The translations under genes were made by a program, and so were the position numbers. From contig JANHCV010000003.1 in assembly GCA_025594325.1 (NCBI GenBank), forward strand, positions 2,046,001 to 2,110,000: a stretch of DNA of 64,000 nucleotides, read 5' to 3'. Below, in pieces: positions 57,903 to 64,000 of this stretch. Each line of letters begins with the position of its first letter. Position 1 is the stretch's first letter. Origin of the DNA: Blastocladiella emersonii ATCC 22665 (Eukaryota > Fungi > Blastocladiomycota). The notes under the pieces are model-generated. The model did not search any database and was not told the origin of the DNA. It saw nothing but the letters and a program-made list of their open reading frames with translations.

Positions 57903-58406
57903 CTTCTTCTTCTTCTTCTCGACCATGTGCGTTGGTCGCGAGACGTGCCTCGCCTGCTCCACGTGCCCGCTGGAATCATTCGTGCGTTCTTCAACACGGA
58001 ATGGGCTCGCGCGCGCGCGTTACCGGACCACGCGCACTTACCCCGGTTCCTCGCGATTACAGTCCGTAGAATTCACCTTTTTCGCGGGCCGGCTGGCGGC
58101 GGCAAGATTCGTGGCCTACCTTACCTCAACAACGACATGACGGGCATGGCGGCGCCTGCCACGGCCGAGACCAACCAACACCGGCGACTTGCCGCCGCGC
58201 ACCAGCAGTGCCGTCGTCGAGTTCATCGCGGCATCAGCGAGACCAAGCAGAAGAACCTCGCTCGAGTGGATGCCGTGCGCCGCTCATCAATCAACCTCGC
58301 CGGTTTCCCGCACCGCAACGTGGCCGAGCCCGACGCCGACGCCGTCGTCCATGTTCGTCTGCGTCACGGTCATGGCGCTACCGGTACTCAAGATCGTGTT
58401 CAACGG
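57700..58406 (+). pseudogene. Unidentified frame-disrupted coding remnant containing a (TTC)15 run
   Basis: Codon-like, partly hydrophobic peptides switch frames (WTEITLYRSVTLFANALDSAVYAI, LINTKIMVFFGAH, LLHVPAGIIRAFFNTEWAR). Confidence 0.3.
57874..57918 (+). repeat. (TTC)15 microsatellite
   Basis: Direct count, 45 nt. Confidence 0.97.
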
Positions 58407-58851
58407 TAAGCAAGAAGAAGAAGTAGTGTGTGTAAGAAATATATCACTGATGAAAAACATAGATTCGGAAATATAAAGGGAATATCTGCTTGACCATGTC
58501 TTCCCGAGTGCGGCAAGCAAGCAAGCAAGCAAGCGAGCGAGCGAGCTAAGGTAAAAAGTGGAGATCCGTCGTTCCGCATGACCAACGTATCACCGGAGAG
58601 TAGACCCGGCCTATCACCATCCTTGACGGACAGCCCACTTCGGGACCGAGAGCGTAGGGCTGACTTTGCCCAGGTGCGGACGGACGCCGCCGCCGTCGCC
58701 CAGCGTGTGCGAACGGGAGAAGTCGACCGCCGCCCGCCGCCCAGCTCGCCGGATCGCTCCCTGTGTGACTTCTCTCTCTCCCGCGGCTGATCGGATCGCA
58801 CGTACACGCGCGTGTGTGTGAGACGTAGACCGCCATGGAGCGGTTGTGGTT

Positions 58852-58883
58852 GGGTTTGGGTTTGGGTTTGGGTTTGGGTTTGG
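58852..58883 (+). repeat. (GGGTTT)5 tract, potential G-quadruplex
   Basis: Five GGG runs separated by TTT. Confidence 0.9.
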
Positions 58884-58904
58884 AGACCCAATAAATACGC
58901 GAGC

Positions 58905-58990
58905 CGCGAGACATTACGCGCGAGACATTACGCGCGAGACATTACGCGCGAGACATTACGCGCGAGACATTACGCGCGAGACATCACGCG
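58905..58990 (+). repeat. 14-bp tandem repeat (CGCGAGACATTACG) x6, last copy CATCAC variant
   Basis: ACATTA at 58911, 58925, 58939, 58953 and 58967; ACATCA at 58981. Confidence 0.95.
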
Positions 58991-59141
58991 TCTGTGGCGC
59001 CGCCGCGGAATCCACCCTTTTCTCGGTGCCGCCGATCCGAACCTGGCTTCACATCTGCGACCACCACTACAGCACGAAAGCTAATGCAAACCGTGGCGAG
59101 CGACTTGCCGCACTTGCCTTTTGCTGGTCAGAGAGGAGTGC

Positions 59142-59180
59142 TTCTTGTTCTTGTTCTTGTTCTTGTTCTTGTTCTTGTTC
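59142..59180 (+). repeat. (TTCTTG)n microsatellite; (CGAA)n and (TCGTCC)n tracts follow at about 59400-59560
   Basis: Directly visible in the sequence. Confidence 0.9.
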
Positions 59181-60098
59181 AGGTCGCCCGCGCCACGCGG
59201 CCGGCGGCGCGGCTCGGCTTCGCGTCCTTGAGAGAGAGTTCGGTTCGGCCCAGCAACTGTTGACGGCGGGTGGCGGCGTGATCGTGATCGTCGTCGTTCA
59301 TCGTCGTCGTTCATCGTCGTCGTCGTCCTTGTCGCCCTCGGCAAGCTCGTGGCGCGCGCAAAGCCGGCTCGGCCAACCGGCTGCTCAAGGCCGAGCGAGC
59401 GAGCGAACGAACGAACGAACGAAACGAAACGAACGAACGAGAGAACGAGCGAACGATCGTTTGTTCTCGCTCGCGGTATGGCGGTCTTTTTTCCAGCTCT
59501 CGGGCGCACCCTCTTGGGGCACTCATCATCCTCGTCCTCGTCCTCGTCCTCGTCCTCATCGAGTCGTCGCTCTCCCCTTCAAACGTCGTCGCCGTCGAGA
59601 AATCCTCTCTCGCTCTCATGGAATCGCTTACCGCTGTGCAGGCTCGGCGGGCGGCGGCGACGACGACAGTCCTTGCGCGCGCGTGGCGAGCAAACCAACA
59701 ACACTCGGCCTCGGGCCGCGGGCCGGGCTCGATTCGATCTGATCGATCGAGGATGGCGTTGCTTCGTGAAGTGGGGCAGTAGAGACGGTCGTCGGTCGTC
59801 GGTCGTCGGTACTCCCGCGCCATGGATGATGGAACATGAGAGCGTTGGCGCGGCAACACGTTGACGAGCGCAACGAGTGGGGTGGGTGGTCCTGCTGCAG
59901 GGGCGCTTTTCGGCCAGGGTCTGGCGCGCTCGCGCTTACCTCACCTCAGTTCGGCGAGACACGGTAGACAGAAAGGGGGATCGGTAGTAAAGGGACGACC
60001 AAACAGTTATACGACACGACGACGGCGATGACGCCCACGCTCGCGCGCGCGCTAATCTACGCGCCGCGACGCGCGTCACCCGGCACCAGCGGGGACGG

Positions 60099-62213
60099 TC
60101 ATGCTCGCCGCACGAGCTCGCCGGTCTTGTACATGCGCCATCCCGCGAACCCGACGGCGGCGATCGCGCCAACGGCGGCGGTGAGGGCGAGGTAGCGCGC
60201 GAGCGAGGACTTTTCTGCCTTACCGGGCCGGCCCTTGGGGATCGCGGACGCGGGGTTCATGGCGACGGCGGCGAGGACATTGTAGAGGTCGGCCATGATA
60301 TCGTCCTTGACGGAGATATGAATAGGCTTGTCGAGGCCGAGGTTGCGGCAGAAGACGTCGGGCGGGACCTCGAACCGCTGCTGGACGAGGTCGAGGTCCG
60401 ACTTGGTGGCGACCATGACGCAGGGGACCGACGACTCGAGCTGCTTGATGAGCGTGGCCACGTACGCGAACGAGTTGACGTCCGACGAGTCGTACACGAA
60501 GCACGCCACGTCGCACGCCTCGAGCCGCCGCCGGTTCGTGAGCACCTCGGACTCGTACTTGGACCCAAACTCCTGCATCACCAGGTACACCTCGCTGCCC
60601 TTGACCTCGACCGCGTTGACGACCGAAAACGCCCGCGTCGTCTGCGTGTACGACTCAATCATGGGCTTGCCGACGAGCTTGCGCAGGATCGCCGACTTGC
60701 CCGCGCCCGCCGCACCGAACACGGAGCACAGGAACGTGGACCGCCCGCCGGTCCCGAACCGCCGCCCGCCGCCGCTCCCCGCGCCGCTGCTACCCGCGGC
60801 CGCGCTGCTGCTGCTTCCCGACCCGCTGCTCCCACTGCCACCGCCACCGCTCCGCCGCGGGACGCGCGTGACGCGGAGCGCGGTGCGGGTGTCGCCGTCG
60901 AACCCGAGGTACGCGAGGTAGGCGAGGGTCTTGGAGTAGTCGAGCAGCGTGGTCATGGCCCACTGCGAGAGGAACCCCTGGAGCGTGAGTGCGCCGTTCT
61001 CGGTGGTGAGGGCCGAGTCGGGGAACCCGGACGCGGTCCACGGGTTGCCGGGGGACGTGGAGAAGAGTTCGGCGAGCTCGGCGTCGTTGAGAGCGCCGTC
61101 CTGGTCGAGGTCGTGGATGCGGAACAGGTCGGTGAGGAACGCGTGTCCCGTGGACGACAGCTCGACGCGCGCGTCGCCCGGAACGTCCATGGGCGGGCAC
61201 AGGAAATCCTCGCGCAGGCTCAGGTCCTCGCCGTACCCGAACTTGCGCAGGACGGTCCATGTGGTCTCGAGGCGGCCCTTCTGGATGAAGAGCGTGTGCA
61301 GGTACAGGAACCCGGACTCGGTGAGCCCCGTGTCGGTGATGCCCTCGGGGTCGTTTTCGAGGACCACCTCCTTGACGCCCTCGAGCTCCTGCTGCTGCAG
61401 CGGCGCGTTGAAGCATTTCTTCTGGAACTCGTTGAGCTCCTCGTCGTTGAGGCACCCGTCCTTGTCGAGGTCGCACAGGCGGAAGATGCGCTTGAGGGCC
61501 TCGACGCACTCGGGCTTCATGACGTGCTCGCGCGAGTCGTAGAGCGGGGCGGTCGGGTGGAGCACGGCCTTCTGGGCGAAATAGAAGACCTCGGAGATGT
61601 TGAGCGACTGCTTGGCCGAGCACTCGACGCACGTCTCGACCTCCTTGAACTCGGTCATGATGGGCAGGATCTCCTCTTCGAGCAGGTTATTGGTCACGTC
61701 GTCGCCGCGCACGTCGATCTTGTTGCCGACGAGGACGACGGGCACGTTGACGCCGAGCGACTTGATGTACGGCAGCCAGAACCCGGCAATGCGCTCAAAC
61801 GAGATGGGGTCGTCGACCGCGTACACGATGCAGATCACGTTGGCCTTGCGGATCTCGAGCTCGAGCTGCTGCCGGTTCTCGGTGCGCGCCGACGAGTCGA
61901 CAATATGCGTCGTCACGTTCTCGGGCGTCACCTCGGGCGGGATCGTGACCTCGGGGACGACGTGCTGGATCTACATGCGGGCGGGCGGGCGTGAGCGGTT
62001 CGCTGCACCGAGCGAGCGATCGATCGCGCGGCGGGCGTACGTTGGGGATAAACTGCTCCTTGATGAGCGACGTAATGAGCGTGCTCTTGCCCACGCCGTC
62101 TACGCGCGGGGGTTGCGGGTGACGACAGGTCAGCACTCGTGTGTGCCGCTGGACCAGCGTAGCGGGCAACACGCACCGTCACCGACGAGAAGGATCCGGA
62201 CGTCGCGCCACAT
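60099..62213 (-). CDS. GEM1: Mitochondrial Rho GTPase Gem1/Miro; exons 62213-62177, 62099-62041, 61970-60099
   Basis: VRILLVGDDGVGKSTLI, first GTPase domain, EF-hands DLDKDGCLNDEE and DLDQDGALNDAE, second GTPase GAAGAGKS and a C-terminal TM anchor LALTAAVGAIAAVGFAGW. Confidence 0.96.
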
Positions 62214-62600
62214 GATGTTGCTCGTGGTCGTAGCGGCAGGTTGGAGATGGTGGCGAGGCGAGGGGTGTGGGTGGCACGCGTCTGGCTGCCCTTGTCGCTG
62301 ACTGTCAGGCCGCTCTCACAAGGGCCGGCGGCGCGCAGCGTAGGTGTTTGATTCGTAGCGCCCGGCGCGCGTTGCGTCGAGTTGCGCGAGCGATTCCGTA
62401 GCAAAAGGGGCGGCGATATGCGCAGGCCGATCGGCGCGGGCGCGGCGGGTTTGGATGAGGCGCGCGTCTTGCCTCGGCTGTCTCCAAAGTTCGCTGCCGC
62501 TGCCGAGAACGGAGTCCCTCATGCGGGCGTGACGTGCCCGCGCGCGTGTGCTGGCTGCATCACAAAATTAGGGCTAGGTGTATTACTATTGATAAATCAG

Positions 62601-63983
62601 CTAGGAGACAACGACCGACGCGGCCTTCTTGACGCGGTTCATGAAGGCGCGGCCGAGGTGCTCCTCGGGGGTGCCCTCGACCACGATCCCGGCGACCCCG
62701 CGCTCGTCGAGCCACCGCAGCGCGCGGAACAGCTCGCGGTTCGGGTCCTCGCGCGCGTCGAAGGCGAGCACGGAGCCCGACTGCACCGCCGCCTCGAGCC
62801 ACGCGTCCGCCGCCACCGTGTCGACCGTGCGCACCCACCCGACCACCGCCGTCAGGTTGCTGTCACCGCGGATCGCCTCAATCTGCTCCCGCACAGCCCC
62901 AGCCGTCGGCTGCAGGAGCAGGTGCACGGGCGCCGTGGGCGAGTAGTGGCGGTACTTCATCCCGGGGGCCTCGGGGACCGCGGACGCCTCGACGTGGCCC
63001 GAGTGGCACACGATCCGCTCGAACCCGGGCACGCCGCGCAGCGTTTCGACCGTGACGCCGCCGGGCCGGAGGACGACGGGGTTCGGCGTGACGGCGACGA
63101 CCGTGGACTCGAGCCCGCAGTCACACTGTCCCGCGTCGAGGATCAGGGGGATCCGGCCACTGAGATCCGTCTTGACGTGCTCGGCGAGCGTGGGCGAGGG
63201 CCGGCCGGATGAGTTGGCCGAGGGCGCGGCGAGCGGGACCCCCGCGACGGCGATCAGGGCGCGCGCGACGGGGTGGGCGGGGAACCGGACCGCGACCGTG
63301 GGCTGCCCCGCGGTGACGGTGGGCGGGAGCACGCCGGGCGCCGCGGGGAACAGGAGCGTGAGCGGGCCCGGCCAGAACCGCTGCATGAGCGGGACGTGCG
63401 ACTTTGGGATCTCGCCACCGGGCAGCAGCGCGCGCAGCATGGCGAGCGACGCCACATGTACAATCAGGGGGTTGTCGCTCGGCCGCTGCTTGGCGGCGAA
63501 GATGCGCGCCACGCCGCGCGCGTCCAGCGCGTTGCCCGCGAGGCCGTAGACCGTCTCGGTCGGCATCGAGATCACCTGCGACTCGGCGACCAGGTGGTGC
63601 GCCGCGCGCTCGAGCGCCGCGCGGCCTACCGGGTTGGTGATGACGGGCGCGGCGTCGAGGTGCGCGAGCGGGTCATTGCCCGATGTTGGTTCGGTCGGCG
63701 CGGCAGGGAACTGGAACCACGCGGGGTCGACGGCGACGACGGCCGTGTCCATGCCCTGGCCCATCAGCTGCGGGTCGACGGCCGCCGCGTGTTGCCGCGG
63801 ATCGAGAGCCATGGTCTGCGTGTGCACGGTGCGCGGAGCGGTGCTGATGCCCCGATAACGAGCGAGGGCGGGTGCAACGGGGGCAAGAAGGCAGCGGCGG
63901 ACGGTCGTCGCTGCCAGACTGCGATGGAGGGCGGTAGTCGCTGTTCTCGTTGAGGTGCCGCAGAGTCGCGGCGTAGTATACAT
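62601..63983 (-). CDS. SUA5: Threonylcarbamoyl-AMP synthase Sua5 (t6A), with possible N-terminal mitochondrial presequence
   Basis: MPTETVYGL, KQRPSDNPLIVH, FWPGPLTL, APSANSSGRPSPT, GLESTV, PGMKYRHYSP and AFMNRVKKAA. Confidence 0.95.
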   Translation of the reverse strand: MYTTPRLCGTSTRTATTALHRSLAATTVRRCLLAPVAPALARYRGISTAPRTVHTQTMALDPRQHAAAVDPQLMGQGMDTAVVAVDPAWFQFPAAPTEPTSGNDPLAHLDAAPVITNPVGRAALERAAHHLVAESQVISMPTETVYGLAGNALDARGVARIFAAKQRPSDNPLIVHVASLAMLRALLPGGEIPKSHVPLMQRFWPGPLTLLFPAAPGVLPPTVTAGQPTVAVRFPAHPVARALIAVAGVPLAAPSANSSGRPSPTLAEHVKTDLSGRIPLILDAGQCDCGLESTVVAVTPNPVVLRPGGVTVETLRGVPGFERIVCHSGHVEASAVPEAPGMKYRHYSPTAPVHLLLQPTAGAVREQIEAIRGDSNLTAVVGWVRTVDTVAADAWLEAAVQSGSVLAFDAREDPNRELFRALRWLDERGVAGIVVEGTPEEHLGRAFMNRVKKAASVVVS

Positions 63984-64000
63984 GAGCACTGGGCTTACGA

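Noticed and set aside
58080-58110. Walker A-like GPAGGGK suggesting an ATPase
   Set aside because: It lacks the K-S/T ending and any Walker B, and lies in a frame-broken remnant of GC-rich DNA.
58852-58883. True or interstitial telomere
   Set aside because: Only 5 units of T3G3 rather than the typical fungal TTAGGG, internal to a gene-bearing region; kept only as a G4-type repeat.
58905-58990. CRISPR-like array
   Set aside because: Head-to-tail 14-bp repeats with no unique spacers, no cas genes, and a eukaryotic context.

Overview
This is a compact, very GC-rich eukaryotic window with short GT-AG introns (mostly 50-90 nt; donors GTACGC/GTACGT/GTGCGT; CTAAC/CTGAC/CTCAC branch points). The gene set and sequence style point to an early-diverging fungus, possibly Blastocladiomycota-like; that assignment is inference. 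Positions 1-39.8 kb and 60-64 kb hold housekeeping genes: RAB6/YPT6, UGGT, a CDC11-like septin, RPA1, a TFIIIC WD40 subunit, coactosin, RPN6, RAD5, a C9orf85-like protein, TAF13, a class-V PLP aminotransferase, THI4, ARO2, TSR1, GEM1/Miro and SUA5. Two genes hidden by introns look like BRISC/BRCA1-A subunits: an Abraxas-like gene (8101-8987) and a BRE/BRCC45 gene (22245-23682) that sits head-to-head with RAD5. Two paralogous Q/S/G/N/W-rich genes without signal peptides (20931-21659, 42298-43074) form an unrecognised prion-like repeat family. The 39.8-59.9 kb stretch is a rearranged accessory island. It contains an apparently identical 1470-bp inverted duplication that captured the TSR1 3' end, three full copies plus a fragment of an orphan 327-aa gene, decayed copies of a small membrane-protein gene, a captured pyruvate dehydrogenase kinase fragment, a CCCH-finger ZNFX1-like helicase and a simple-repeat-rich tract. 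No rRNA, tRNA, CRISPR array or transposase was recognised. All exon structures were inferred by eye and all family assignments come from recalled motifs, not database searches.
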